DNA from: Paecilomyces variotii
Lineage: Eukaryota
Reading direction: 5' to 3' (one strand)
NCBI GenBank assembly: GCA_004022145.1
Contig: RCNU01000007.1
DNA: 64,000 nucleotides
Notes under the pieces: model-generated
Seen by the model: the letters and a program-made list of their open reading frames with translations, nothing else
What the model was told of the DNA's origin: nothing
Database searches by the model: none
Part shown: positions 13,501-28,254 of the stretch, one piece after another
Layout: every line of letters starts with the position of its first letter
Numbering within the stretch: position 1 is the first letter of the stretch
Translations under genes and position numbers: made by a program

Positions 13501-16500
13501 CAGGCTAATAATAAAGTTTATTAATATATTCTGCCAGGGTTTTTTTACTATAGATAGTAAGCTTAACTGTTTATATAGCTTATATCTAGGAACTCTATTC
13601 CTTTTATAAATATTATAGGTCTTTATATATTCTTATATATTATTCTGTATATTTAGCTAATAAAACTTTTGCTTAAATAGTTCTTCTATAGTTCTAACTT
13701 CTTAATAGCTAGTATATAGATTATTATAATAAATTTATAGTAATTCTTGCTTTAATAAATATTTATCTAGGATATAAATCTAATCTTATCTTTATAGCAA
13801 ACCCTTATTATTTATAATCTATTTAGAGCTTTTAGATTAATTAGTCTCTAAATTACTAATCTTCTTTAGTATAAAGGCGTCTCTTTATTAGAGCTGCTTA
13901 AGCAATTCTAGAAGATTAGGTTTTAGAGGATTTTAGATTATCTCCCTATTAGTAACCTTTAATATTAATAGTCTTAACAGTAAATATTTATAATTACTTA
14001 TAATATCTTCTTTATTTAAAGCATATAGTTTTAGTTTTTTCTATAAGATAAGTAGCAGTCTAATCTCTTACTCTTTTTCTAAGGGTTTATAGTTTAATCT
14101 TTAAGATAGTATATTAACTATATTTAAATAACCCAGCTTATATTTAATATAAAAGTTATAGCCTGCTAGTAACTCCGCCTATCTTACCTATTTATTATTT
14201 AAAGTCTTTATTATAAAGAAGTAGCATAAGTTTATATAGTTAGTCTATACTTAAGCAGGGTATTTACTGCTATCTAAATAGTATCTTTATTACTTAAAAA
14301 CTTTAACTATTACTAATAATTCCTAGTTATATATTTTATATTAATATTTAATTTTAGTAAATTTCCTTAAGAAGTATATAACTAGATACTATTATCTTAT
14401 TACCTTACTTATAAGCTATAATAGAATAGCAGTTAAAATAAATCTTAAGGCATTTATAGCTACTATAATTAGCTTCTCTAGATTATAATACTGCAATACT
14501 AATAGTTTAATAAATACAGTTTTTAAATCTTTAAATGCTTTTTATACTTTAAATATCTATTTTAATAGGCCTATCTTCTTATTATTCTTACTGCCCTTAA
14601 GCAAGTCTATTAATAGTATTATAATAAAGGAGTAATTATAGATAAATCTCTTAAAAAAACTTATAAATCTTAAAAAGATCTAAATATTATAAAAGATCTT
14701 TAGTATAGGCTAATTATAAATTATTTTAATCCTAAAAGGATTTATCTTAATCCTATTATATCTTATAATAAATTTAAGGAAGAAAACTTCCTCCTTATAG
14801 AATTTATATTTGCTCAGCTTTATATATAAATTATATTTATAGAGTCTTTCTAGTATTTTAGAGATATACTATTTATATTTTTTCTTATCTATTAAGAAGA
14901 TTAGGATATTATTTAAGTATATAATGTAGCAGATATCTAATAGGCCCTTTAGCGCTATATTAATATAGGCTTAAAATATAGCTAGAGTATTATATAGTCT
15001 AAACAGCATAATAAGATATTTAAAATAGCTATATCTAGTTTTAAATGCTATCTTTTATTTATCTTCTCTTTATATATAGATTCTATAATAAGCTTCTTAG
15101 AGGTTAAGTTTTATAAAAAATCTTATACTTATTAATTAATCTAGTATCTTATTTATCTATAGCAGTAAATAGTAATTCTTAATTATTTAAGTATTTAATC
15201 CTTAATAATTAACGTATAAATATAATTTATTATCTTTCTTAAGAATAAAAATAATTAGTAATCTAGCTAGGCTAATTAAAGCCCAGATTTAATCTTATTA
15301 TTATATATCTTCTAGATACCTTTATAATATATCTAATTCTCTAGTAAAGCATAGGTATAGAGGCCCCTATAATAGCAACTTATTATTAATTAGATTAATT
15401 ATATAGATTCTAGTATTTTCTAATAAAAGTAATATTTTAGCTCTCTCTTCTAAAAAGATATCTTAGAATTATATATAATATAAGAGAAGTTAAATTTCTT
15501 CTATATCTGTTTTAATATATTCCCCTTATATATAATAGATTAGTTAATTCTACATTATCTTTATAAATACTTATAGGGTTTAAATCTTAACCTAGGGTAA
15601 AGCCTCTTACTAGTATCTTTAAGTTAGGCATTTCTAATCTATAATAGGATTATTATAGTATAACTATAATAATCTTAAAATTATGTTTTAATTTTTTCTA
15701 ACTATATTAAATTCCTATATAAAAATAATCTAGAAGTTAATCTTATATTATTTTATTTTCTCTTCTAAGTCCTTTACCTTAATAATAATAGAGAAGTAGC
15801 TATAAATTAGCATTATTTAGTTTTCTATCTATAAGGTATAACCTACTAGCCTTTATAAAAACTCCTTATATTTATAATATAATAAAAAGTTATAGTTAAT
15901 AAAGTTAGTATATACTTAGGAATTAAGAAGTATATTTATTTTTATAGTATAACCCTTAATTAATATACCTACTAAAGTTATAAATTCTAGCTTTATACTT
16001 TTAAGGCACTAAAATATATTAAGCTTAATGCCTTTATCTTTAGGGAGTTTAGAGTCTTTCCTTATCTTATTAGGATATTATTTATTAATATATTTATTCT
16101 TCTTATAATTAAAGTATTGCCCTTTTTTTATTAATTATTCTTACTCTTTTAAGAATCTAAACCTCCTTATTTTATATTCTGAATAGGTCTTTATAGAGGT
16201 TAATTAAGATAATTTATCCTTCTGCTTATCCTATATATATAGATAGAATTAGTCCTTTTTTCTCATATAAGGTTAAGATTATTCCTTCTTTTTAAAGTCT
16301 TTTAATTAAGATTTAATAAAGTTTTTAAGACTCTATTTAATAATTATAGTCTTAGAAGCTAGTTAGTCTAAATTAGTCAGAATATATATATATTTAAATA
16401 ACTAGTTCTATATATTTTCTTATAATATAGAGAAGAAGGTTCGGCTCTAGATATTATTTTTTAAAGCTAATTTAGCTCTATAAAGCTTAAATTTATTATA

Positions 16501-17249
16501 AAATTCTTAAGCAGTTTATTCTAGTTATTATTTTAGCCTTTAGAATTATATAATAGCTGTCTAGGGTTAATATTATAGATTCTCAAGATAATCTAATAGT
16601 TATTATTAAAATCTCTATTATAAAGTTATAGCTAAAGTAAGAGGTCTATAACTCTAAGCTATTTTATAATTATCTAAAAGTAACGCAGCAGTATAGTTTA
16701 TCTTATTAGCTTTAGTTTAAAATATTAATATATTATAGGTAAAGTATTAGTTTATATAGTAGTACTAACAGTAATAAATATCTAGATCCTTAGCTTAATA
16801 TTAATAAGGTTTAGGTAATTTAATAATAGACCTAGATTTAGGAGCTATATTTATTTATTTTATTAGCTTTATAACTGCAGCTATATTTATCTTTTCTAAT
16901 AATTCTTAAGTTATATCTTATAAAGCTCCTATTACTGCGCTATTAACTTAATATTAAGAACTTAGCAAGATAATAGGTCTAGTATTAATAATATTTAATT
17001 CTTATTAAATCTTAGGGTCTATAATATTTCTTAAATTTATTAGATTTCCTAGGCCTATAATAATTATTAGTTCGGGCTAATTAGGACTAGTATTATTTAT
17101 TAATCCTAATTACTTAGGATTAATAGTATTTATTAATTTAGGTTAAGCGCTAGGCTTTAGGCTATATTTAGATTCTCTATATTAATCTCTAGTACTACTT
17201 CTTAATATCTTTTCTCTTCCTAATATACTATTAATTAAGCAATTTAAAC

Positions 17250-17606
17250 TATAAAGAGCTAGGGTAAAAAAGCTCTTTATTAGAGGTAACTAATAGAACT
17301 AGTTAAACAGAATATAAGATAAGAGGTAGAGATATAGGTAAGTAGCTGTTTATATATAATAGAATTAAAGGTTAAGTTTTATAATAATTAGAATAAATTG
17401 CTAATTTATCTAACTTCTATTTCTTTAGGGGTTATTTATCTATCTATCTATTTTATTAAGTTATTTAAATAACCTAGTCTTAATAGCTCTATCTATAACT
17501 AGCTGATCTAACTATTATATATAGATCTAATTATCTTATTATCCTTTATTATCTATTCTAGGTCTTAGCAGATTTAGATTAGGTATTATAGCCCTAGTTT
17601 ATAATA
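17250..17606 (-). repeat. 5' LTR of nested element #2
   Basis: More heavily RIP-mutated copy of 10198-10554. Confidence 0.93.
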
Positions 17607-17947
17607 ATTTCCCTATTTATAGCAAAATATTATTTTATATACCTTTTAATATTAATATTAAGATACTATATATCTTATCTTAGTATAACTATTTAGGAAG
17701 AAAAGATATAGGTTATATATTAGATAATATTCCCTATAATGCTATAGTAACTTAAGGCAGGGCTAGCCTTTATAAATTATTATTAAAAGTTTATTCTGTA
17801 TTTTTTAATAATTATAAGGCTATTTAATATATTTAAAATAAGAGGTCTTATAAGATCTCTAAAGAGTAGGTAAGTATATTAGTAATTTATAGCTAAGATA
17901 ATAATTAAGAAAATACTAAATATAATAGAGGAAGCTAAATATATATA

Positions 17948-18181
17948 TATTAAGGTATGGGCTCAGGGAGCAGGTTAGAATAAATAGAATAAGGTAGTTA
18001 ATACTAGGACTAGCTATAAGATCTCTATCTAGCTAATTCAGACTAGAATAGGCTATTACAGATAGGCTCAGTAAATAAGATATAACTTAAAGAACTTAAA
18101 TTTAAATTAAGCTATGCGCTAAAGATATCTTTACAAGATTATATAATTCTTTATATAATCCCCTATATTAGCACTATAATA
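17948..18181 (-). repeat. 3' LTR of nested element #3
   Basis: Direct repeat of 23617-23850, followed by a pyrimidine tract (minus-strand PPT). Confidence 0.9.
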
Positions 18182-21100
18182 GTACTTTTCTTCTTAAAGT
18201 TAAGCTCTATTAAGACTATCTCTAGGCTTTAGCTTATTTAGATAGCGGCAATAGAAGTTTATAATAATTTCCTAAATATACTATAGATAATATATAGGCT
18301 CTTTAATTAAATTATTATAACCTAACTACTTAATAATATATTATAGTTAGGGGCTTTTATACTTATAGTATTTTTATTAGGAATTTAAGATATCTTTAAT
18401 AATTTATTCTTTAAGGCTATTAACTTTAATAAGCAATAGTAAAGATTATTTTTATCTAGGTATAGGGTTTTTAGTAATAGGGCGAAGCAAGCTAATATTA
18501 AATATAGAATAGATATATATTAAGGCAGGCAGGTTAAGCTAGTAAATATATAGGCTAATAATCTTAATAATATAAAATAGGCTAAGATTCTTCTAGTTAA
18601 ATTTCTTCTAGGGGCGCTAAATATAAATATTCTAGGTATTTAGCTAAATAGACTATCTTATATAATAATAATAAATTAAGATTTAATAGTAATTAATCTG
18701 CTCTTTATAATAGGCTTAGGCAGTATAAATCTAGGTATAGATATAATCTATAATATCTTATATCTTTTTAGTAAAGGCTTTAGTATCTCTAACAGCAGGC
18801 TAGTTTATAAGCTAAATAGGCTTAAATCTTATATATAGATAGAATCTATAGTTAGCAAAGAAAGATAATACTTTAATAGTCTTAAAATAGTAGGAGTTTA
18901 ATATAAACTTAGTTAAAGATAGCTAGTTAATCTAGTTATTTTATAAATAGCTAATATAGGCATATAAGTATTATTTTAAGATAGTATTTATCCTTTTAGT
19001 CTAATTATTAGTCTTAGGGTAATAGACAGTAGATAGTAGGTTTATAATATTTAAATATTAGGTTAGGTATTTCTAGAAAGTAGTAATAAACTAGGGGCTT
19101 TAGTTAGATATTATAGTCTTTAATAGCCTATAAAGCTTTTATATATAGTAGATATATAATTATACTATTTTTTTAATATTACAGATAGCCTAATAGAGAA
19201 TAAAATATCTTATTTTTATAAGTTAGTCTATAGTAACTAATATAGTATTATAATCTTAATAAGGTATAAGTCTAATAATAAAATCTATTAAGATATTTTA
19301 TTAAGAGCATTTAAGGATAGAGAGCTAATATAAGATTCCTTAGCAGCCTTTATTTAAGAGTATAATATAATAGCAGATATAGTAATTCTAGGTCTAGTAA
19401 TTTATATATTAGTATATATTTAGCTAATAATACTCTTATAAGATTAGATTATAAAGCTTATATTTTCTAAAGTATTTAAGTATATACTTATTATAATATT
19501 CTTATAATAAATAGGCTTTTAGCTTATTATAATTAGGAATATATAGATAATCTTTATAATATAGATATTTTCCTCTTTACTAATAGTTAGCTAATATAAT
19601 CTTAAGATATTAGTTAGCTTTATAATCTAAGGCTTATAAGATAGATTATATTAAGTTATTAGATAGGTAAGCTATATTTAGCAGGTTTTTAATATTAGAT
19701 AAATACTTTAATTTATTAAGCGCAGCAAGAAGACTTAACTAATCTTATTTAATAGGCTGGGCTATTTTTTTAATAGGCTAAATAGTCTTTTTAATAGACT
19801 AAATTATCTTTTTAATAGATTAAATAATCTTAATAGACTAATTAGGCAATAGGGTAGATTAAATAGGTTCTCTAGGCTAAATAGGTTAATTTCTTAGAGT
19901 AAATTAAGCAGGTATTTCTATAGGTTTAGCAGGATTTTTAACCTCTTAAGCTATTAAATTAATAAAGCAGATATATCTTGCTATTTAATTCTTAATAATA
20001 GCTTCTAGTTTTAGGGATCTTTAAATCTATAAATTAAGGTTTTTCTTCTTTAGGACTATCTAGCTCTAATATTATAGCTATTTATTTCCCTTCTTAAGGA
20101 GGTCCTCTAACCTCCTAGTTAAGATATTAAGCTTTATTCTTTACTTTCTAGATTAATATATAATTTAGAAGTTAAACTAGGATAGGAATTTAAACTAATA
20201 AGCCTATTACTAGTTCAGCAGCTTAATTAATATAAAATATTCTAGATTATAATAGTCTATAATAACTTTAATTAGTAATAATATATTTTTAAGCTTAAGG
20301 TATTATTCTTTAAAGCAGCGGATAATTACTAGCAACTCTTTATTATAAATCTTATAATTATACTTTATAATAAAGAGCTTTTTTAAAAAAAATATAATAA
20401 GATATAGGATTCCTTTATTATTATACTAGGATATAACTCTAGCTAATATATAGTTAAATAAGTTAGTTTTAACTATAACCTTATAGATCTAGTTAAATAG
20501 TTTTAAGATTAAGGCTTAAATAAATATTTTTTTTAAGGCTTTAAAACTAGACTAATAGGCAGGTATCTAATTAAAGGGGACTTTTTTTAGGTTAAATTTA
20601 TAAGCAGTATAATTATCTTAGAAAAGTTATAAATAAACTAATAATAAAAGTTGCTAAACTTAATAAAGGCTTATATATTAATTATATAGGTTAGGGTCTT
20701 CTATTTAGCAATTATTTTTACCTTATCTAGGTCTATTTTAATATAGTCTTAGCTAATAATAATATCTAAAAACTTAGTCTTAGAGATAATAAACTTATAC
20801 TTCTAGATCTTTATATATAAGCCTACTTTATATAGCTTCTATAAGATAGTGCAGATATATTAAATATATTTAGAATAAGTTATACTATATACTAAGATAT
20901 TATTAAGGTATATAGTATAAAAGATATTAAAGTAATCTTATAGAGTATTATTAATAAACTATTAAAATATTGCTAGTGCTTTTATTAAGCTAAATAATAT
21001 TACTAATAATTTAAATAGGCTAAATTAGGTATAGAAGGTAGTTAAATATTCTTATCCTTTCTTAATATAGAGATTATTAAATATAGAAATAATATTAATC

Positions 21101-23616
21101 TTTATAAAATACTTTATTCTTTTTAAATTATTTAGGGTTTCCTTAGTTAAAGGTAGGGGGTATTAATTTTTAATAGTTATTGTATTTAAGGCTTAATAAT
21201 TTATATAAATCTATATCTCTCTATTAGGCTTCTTAATAAATAGAATTAGAGATATAGTAGGTAATAAGCTTAGGCGGATAAATCTCTTTTTTAAATTTTT
21301 TTTAATCTATTTTTTTAAGACTTTTAATTTATCTTAGAATATAATATATAAGGATTTAAAGAGGAGTAACTTCTTCTTTAATAACTTAATATTATAGTTA
21401 TAAGAATAATATAATAGCAGGCGCTTAGCCTTTTTAGAAGAAAAGATATTAGTATAATCTTTAAACTTTTTAGGCAATAGATAGGCAGAGTCTTCTTCTT
21501 AGATTTATTTAATCCTTAGAGCAGCATCTAAGTCCTTTAAGGTAATTATAAATATTTAAGCATTTTTTTAAGTATAGGTAAAATAGGCGGCTAAAGAAAT
21601 AAAGGCTATATTTCTCTTTTCTAGTCTTCTAAGTCTTAGGGGCAGGTATTAAGGCAAAGTCTTTAAAAGAATATTATATAAGATAGATATCTTAATTAGC
21701 TTTAGGGATATATTATAATTCTTTTAATAATAATTATTATTAAAAGCAATATTATAAGTAATAAATTATAGGTATAGGTTATAGTACTTTAACTAGGGGA
21801 GTTCTAAAATAATAGAGTAATGCGCTAGTTAGATAATATAGAACTTAATATCTTTCTTAAAATAATCCTTAATTCTTATATCTATCTAAATATAATATAT
21901 AATCTTCTTATCCTTTAATTCTCTTTTATTAAATATATATAGGGTAATTAAGCTTTTTAAGAGGATAGACTCTAATTTTTAGTCTTTAGCCTATTCTTAA
22001 TCTATAAATTCTTATCTTTTAGCTCTAGTATTAAGCAGGGTATAAATTAATAAATAAATCTTTTTCTTCTTCTTTTTTAATATTATAAATAATATTATTA
22101 ATTTTAATTATTATAAGTATTTCTTAAGATTAATTTTATAAATAGCGGCGGCGAAGATTTAGATAATATATAGTTTTTAAGCCTAGCTATAATTTACTTT
22201 AGGCTTACTCTTTTTATTAAAGACTAGCTAAGAGATAAATTATATAAGTTTAAGAATTAAATTGCTTAGGAAGTCTAGGGATAAAATTTATATATAATTA
22301 TAATTTAGATCTTCTGGCAGTTATCTAAATATAAGTAATTTTTAATATAATATTTTAGGGAGCTATAGTAAAAGCAGGCGCTAGTTTTATAATATAATAG
22401 GCTATATCTTCTCTTACCTGGGCATTTAAAAATACTTAGGTCTATTAGGTTATATAGCTATATTAAGGCTAATTTACTCTTTTATATAGGGCTTTTCTAG
22501 GGCTAATTATTATATTTTATAATTAGGGCAAGACTTAAAGTAGGTAAGAAAGATTAAATATATTAAATAGATTTTAAAATAATAGTATAAGTCTTTATAG
22601 CAGAGAGCTAGTTTATAATATATTAATAATAATAGTTCTTAAGATCTTATAGGAATTTAGCAAATTAATAATATTTATAACTTAGGGGCTAATTATATAA
22701 TAATATTCCTTAGAATTTTTAATTAATAGCTTGCTTAAGCAGGGTAAATAATATTTTTTTAGATATTTCTCCTTCTAGTACTAGGTATTAGAATTTAATA
22801 AAAAAGATTTTAAATTTCTTATTAATTTAATAGAGATTAAATAGTTTATTATATATATTATTTATATAATTAGGGTTATTAAATATATACTTTAAGATAT
22901 TTAGAATCTCTTAGTAATTATTAAGAATATAAGTCCTATCTCTAATATATAATAATACTTAGGTATAGGATATATTTTTTAAGTAATTAATTATATAGGC
23001 TATATAGCTCTAGGGAGTTAAAAATTAGTCTTAGTTAATTATTATCTTCCCTTAAATCTAGGCTATAAAGTGCTAAAAGTCCTTTTAATTACCTTTAAAC
23101 TTATTTAGATTAAAAAGTCTCTCTAAAAATTTAAGGGCGAAAAAAAATATAATAATAGGTATTTTAGATGCTTCTATTAGAGCAGTTATAAATCTCTTAA
23201 TATTAGGCTTAGGTTTAGATATAAATAGAGGTATATTTATAATAGATATAATTATATAACAGGCTTAATCCCTTTTAAAAATAGCCTAAATATATTGCTA
23301 TTCTTTTTTTTAGAGCTAGATCTTTTAATATTATTAGATAGCCTTAAATTTAGTAATTTCTTATTTAAGTCTTTATTAAACAGCAATAAATTCTTACTAA
23401 AGCTCTTAGAAGTATACTTTAGCTTAATAATTTATTTTATTTATAGCAGTCTTAGCTTTATTAATATATTTATATATTAAGTAATAATAATTATATTATT
23501 CTAGCCTATAGCTAGCAATAATATATTTAATAAACTCTTTTAAAGTTATTGGCAGGAATAGGGGAATTAGGGTAAATATTATTAATAATATTAACTCTTA
23601 GATAGGAGCTATATAA

Positions 23617-23850
23617 TATTAAAGTGCGGGCTTAGGGAATAAGTTAGAATAAATAGAATAAGATAGTTAATACTAGGACTAGCTATAGGATCTTTATTTA
23701 GCTAATTTAGATTAAAATAGGCTGTTATAGGCAGGCTTAGTAAATAAAATATAGCTTAAGGAACTTAAATTTAGATTAAGCTGTGCGCTAAAGATATCTT
23801 CGCGAGATTATATAACTCCTTATATAATTCTCTATACTAGCACTGTGACA
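23617..23850 (-). repeat. 5' LTR of nested element #3
   Basis: Direct repeat of 17948-18181. Confidence 0.9.
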
Positions 23851-26800
23851 ATATAATAGCTTTTAAAAGATTATATTATATTAACTCCTATATTAATATA
23901 CCTAGATTTTATTAAACTATTTCTGCTTTATATTAATAGAAGTAAAAAATAAGGCTATAATATTATAGTATACTAGATAGAAGATAATAGTATTAAATAT
24001 CTAATCTTATTTTTATTAAAAGAGCTTACTAAAGCTAAATAAAATTATTAGTTTATAGAGTTAAAATGCAGTATATTAGTTTAGGCATTATTTAAGCTAT
24101 TCTAATATTTTAATTTAGGACTATTTATAGTAGTAACAGATTATATTGTATTAATAAATGCTCTTTAAAGATAGAACCTAATATAATAGAATTATAGACT
24201 TAATAATTAAATATTTTATTTAGCTAGATTTCTTCCCTGTATAATTATTAAATACTATAAAGAGTATGTTTACTTTAATATTAATAGGCTATCTTATATT
24301 TCTAGCTATAAGGATTTTATGCAAGATAAATAATAGATATTATACTAGGTTCTTATAGATATAGTAAATATATTTATAGGGATAGTTATATCTATTATAG
24401 TATTACTAGGGCTAGATAATAGCCTTATAGAATATATTAAGGAAAATATTATTAAAAACATTATATTTTATATTATTATATAGAAGATTAATAAATAATT
24501 AGCAGTATTAGATAATGCCTTATATTATTTATTTTTTATAAAGGACAGCATATTATATAATATGCAGAAGGAACTATATTGCCTATATATTCTCTATATA
24601 TTATATAAAGAAATATTTAAAATTGTATATAATAGCTTAGGCTATCTAGGCCTTAAATAGAGTTATTTTCTGCTAAAGAATAATTTTTTCCTTCCTAAAG
24701 AATATATAGAGCTAGCGGATTATATCTTATTATATTTAGTATATTAGATAGTAAAGCGCTGTATATATAAGGAATATAGTTTATGCTAACCTATTCTTAT
24801 GCTATTAGTATTATTTAAAATCTAGGCTATAGATTTTATTATAGGACTATTTAAAAGTTAAGAATATAATATTATTCTAACTATAATAGATAAATTCTTA
24901 TAATATATATAATTTATTTTAGGTTATAAGTTATAGGGTATAATAAAATAAGTATAGGTATTATTTATTATAGTTATTAAGGATTAAAATTTGCCTAAAG
25001 CTATTATTTCTAACTAAGATATATAGTTTATAAGCGCCTTTTAGCAGGAGATATTTAAGATATATTATATAAAGCTTAAAATAACTGCAGTATATTATCT
25101 TAATATTAATAATTAGTTAGAAAGAACTAATATTATAATAGAGATAATATTATACTATCTTTTAATCGGGTAATATAAGGCGGCTTAAGCTATAATACTA
25201 TTTAATATTAAATAGGCTAATAATATACTGCCTAATAAGTCTATTAAAATATTGCTATTTAAGATTCTATATAGTATTTATCTTTATATTCTACTAGGTC
25301 TAACTAATATTAATAATAATTTTATTACTATATAAGAATAGATTTATACTACTATATTAAATACTATAGATCTTATGTAAGTAAGAATAGCCTTAATATT
25401 TAATACTACCTATAAGCTATTATTATTATATAATAATATTTATATTTACTTAACTAGATATCTTAGAAAGGTAGGGTATATAATATTATAATTATTAAAG
25501 TTATTGCTAGTAATAAAGGGTCTATTTAAGATTAAATACTATATTAAATAATTAGCTTATAAGTTAGACCTTTTAAAAGACTAGGATATTTATCCTATAA
25601 TATTAATTATTTACTTAGAGTAAGCCTATATTAATACCTACTAAAGGATAATATAATTACCGGCTCTAATTATAGTATAGGGTTATAAAAAATATAAAAT
25701 TTATTATATTCTTTATTAAACAGGGGATTAATATTTAATAAAATAAAAAGACAGCAATAAGATATAGGAACCTGTTATTAATCTTAAGAAAGATATCCTA
25801 GAATTATTATAGAGATTTTAATAGGTAGTATAAAATAAATACTAGATAAATTATATCTAGAAGTAAGATAAAACTGCTTTAGAAATTAATAGATCCGCTT
25901 ATTTAGGTTATTACTTAAATAAGATAGTTATTATACTTATACCTCACTAATTTCTATAATAACTTTATCTTTTAAAATATAGCTTTAAGTACTACTAATC
26001 TTATATAATTAATATTAATTATTCTATCTTAAATACTAATATCTTTAACCTGTGTTTTACTTTTTTAATTTATATATTATATTATAATTATACTTCTTTA
26101 TATATTATAATTTTATTTTTTTAACTTATACCTTAACTTATGCTCTATCTTTTTAATATATTATATTTTATAGTTAATTATTAATATTGCTAGTATTAGT
26201 TATTATAATATATTTATTTAATAATCTAATATACTAAGTATAATAAAAGGTATTATTATTCTTAATATATAATAAAATAAAAATAGATCTAGAGAGAAAT
26301 TATATCTAAAGCTAAGATATATAGATATAGCAATATTTAATATATAAAGCCTGGTTAATATAGTTTAGGACCTAGATATATATAATTATTTACTATAATA
26401 TATAAAGCTATATAATACCTGAATCTATATAATTATTAAAATAGTCTCTATAATAAAAAGGGCAATAAAATAGCTAATAGACTTTAATACTTAAGGGTAT
26501 ATTTATTATTCTTATATATTAATAGATTCTATAGTATAGCTTTAATATAATAATAAGATATATTACCCTAAGTATAATTACTATTATATATTCTATAGCT
26601 CTTCTTTATATTATTATAGCCTATAGATAATAAATAAGGGTACTTATATAATCTAAGAAATATTAATCTTCTAATTTAGTAAGTATAAGGTCCCCTATAA
26701 AGTATAATAAGAGATATTAGCTTTAATATATAAACTACTGTCTATCTTAGAGATAAGTAATAAATATATATATTAGCTAGGTAATCCTATATAGTATTAG

Positions 26801-27544
26801 ATAAAATAAGATAATAAATAATATAATTGCTATAGTATTAGACTTAGAATTAATTAAAATATATTAGCTAACTATAAAATACTAGCTAGAGAGTATATTA
26901 TATTATTATTATAGCATTAAGTATAGAATAATAATATAGGGATAAATAATAATAAGGATAGCAATAATATAACTACTATAATTAATAATTATATACTTAA
27001 AGATAATATAATAATTGCAAATATAATAATATAATAATAAATATTTATAAATATAAGAATAAAATAAGGTATAGCAAGTATAAGAACTTTAAAAAAGCTT
27101 TTTATAAAACCCGCAGCAATTATTAAGAAGACTATATTATTAAGAGGTAGTTAAGTATAATATTATTTTATATTATTTAATTAAAGTATTAATATAAGAG
27201 ATAATAACTTCTTTATACTAGATATAATATAGAATATAAAGATCTGTTACTAGCAATATATTAATAATTTAAGAGATTAGGTATATTAATTATTAATAAT
27301 AGCAGATAATATAGCCCACTATATACTAATATTAATTTTTCTAGAAATATTTAATTTAATAGATGTAATAAATGCAGCTCTAAATAATAGGATTATACAG
27401 GTCTTAAAAGAGATTTATTAAGCGCTTATTAAAAAGGAATAGTTCTTATATTAGTATTCTAATATTTATATTAGTATTTTCTTATATTAAGATTTTTTAT
27501 ATTATTGCTAAGCCTTAGGATAGGTCTTCTTTAAGAAGGGACCC

Positions 27545-27670
27545 TACTACGCCAGATCTGGTGTAGAGGCATATAATATAGGTCATATAACCTTATATAT
27601 GTAGCGACATCTTTAGCATTAGAGGAACCTAGACTTCTTGATATCACTCTTCCCCCCTACTTGCACAGCA
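27545..27670 (+). repeat. 3' LTR of outer element
   Basis: Direct repeat of 6593-6718, ends TTGCACAGCA followed by TSD ATTAT. Confidence 0.95.
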
Positions 27671-28254
27671 ATTATATAGGTACTTATGATGTAAACATTG
27701 AGGTGCATCTGCTGTTGAGATAATTGCTAGACAAAACTATTGAACATCATTTATTAACGCGTTCTCACAACTGTGGATTTACAGTTCGCAACACTTCAAG
27801 AGATAATAGAACGAACAAGGGACGCTGCTGTGATGATGACGAATACAGACCTCTTATCTTTCTGAATTTATGCGCCCACAGATTAGATCGGTATCAAACT
27901 CAGCACTACATCTAGCAATGGCCACAAGACCAACGGAAGTAGGTTTCTTTTCTCTGTATACGATATGTGGTTCTCCACCGATTGACTTCCCTATTTTAAT
28001 ATCGTCGACCACCACTAGTGTGATCGGAGTGCGGAGACGATTATGAATCATCCTGCAGCTTTTGTAGACAGTGGATGCAGATTCTCTCCGCACTAATCTG
28101 GAGAATGTAGACTAAATAAGGTTATTTAACTTTTAGGTTTTGAGGACCGGTTAGTGTTTAGGAAATTTATATTAACGTGAAATTGAAGTCCAGAGGAGAT
28201 TGACCGAATGATACACATCTACAGTTATGTATCAGTTCTTCCAAAGACACTCCC

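Larger units (their letters stand above)
10198..17606 (-). mobile_element. Nested Ty3/Gypsy chromovirus #2 (7409 bp, RIP-inactivated) inserted in the RT of the outer element
   Basis: 357-bp LTRs 10198-10554 and 17250-17606, TSD ATTTC (10193-10197 / 17607-17611). PPT on minus strand (rc of GTATTCCCCCCC, 10555-10566). Minus-strand RT motif I-Y-L-N-N-I-L (from YLDD) ~14905-14922, then RNase H, integrase with GPY motif and chromodomain ~12420-12800. Confidence 0.93.
17948..23850 (-). mobile_element. Nested Ty3/Gypsy chromovirus #3 (5903 bp, RIP-inactivated) inserted at the RT/RNase H junction of the outer element
   Basis: 234-bp LTRs 17948-18181 and 23617-23850 (ends ...CACTGTGACA), TSD ATATA (17943-17947 / 23851-23855). 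Minus-strand RT core (VYLDDIL-derived) ~20895-20915, IHSVFNVSLLRP-like integrase C-terminus ~18480-18515, YIVKWLG-like chromodomain ~18320-18345. Confidence 0.9.
6593..27670 (+). mobile_element. Outer Ty3/Gypsy LTR retrotransposon (RIP-inactivated, ~7.76 kb without inserts), host of two nested elements
   Basis: 126-bp LTRs 6593-6718 and 27545-27670 (TG...CA), TSD ATTAT (6588-6592 / 27671-27675), purine tract before the 3' LTR. RIP-degraded zinc knuckle ~8460-8505, RT core V-Y-I-N-N-I-I (from YIDD) ~10100, RNase H from 23851, integrase, chromodomain ~25680-25780. Confidence 0.93.

Noticed and set aside
23295..23480. 61-aa ORF inside the AT-rich block
   Set aside because: Chance F/L/I/N-rich ORF antisense to RIP-mutated gag of element #3.
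6593..27670. NUMT, centromeric satellite or contamination as the cause of extreme AT richness
   Set aside because: Paired LTRs, TSDs and degraded RT/RNase H/integrase motifs explain the whole block as RIP-mutated retrotransposons.
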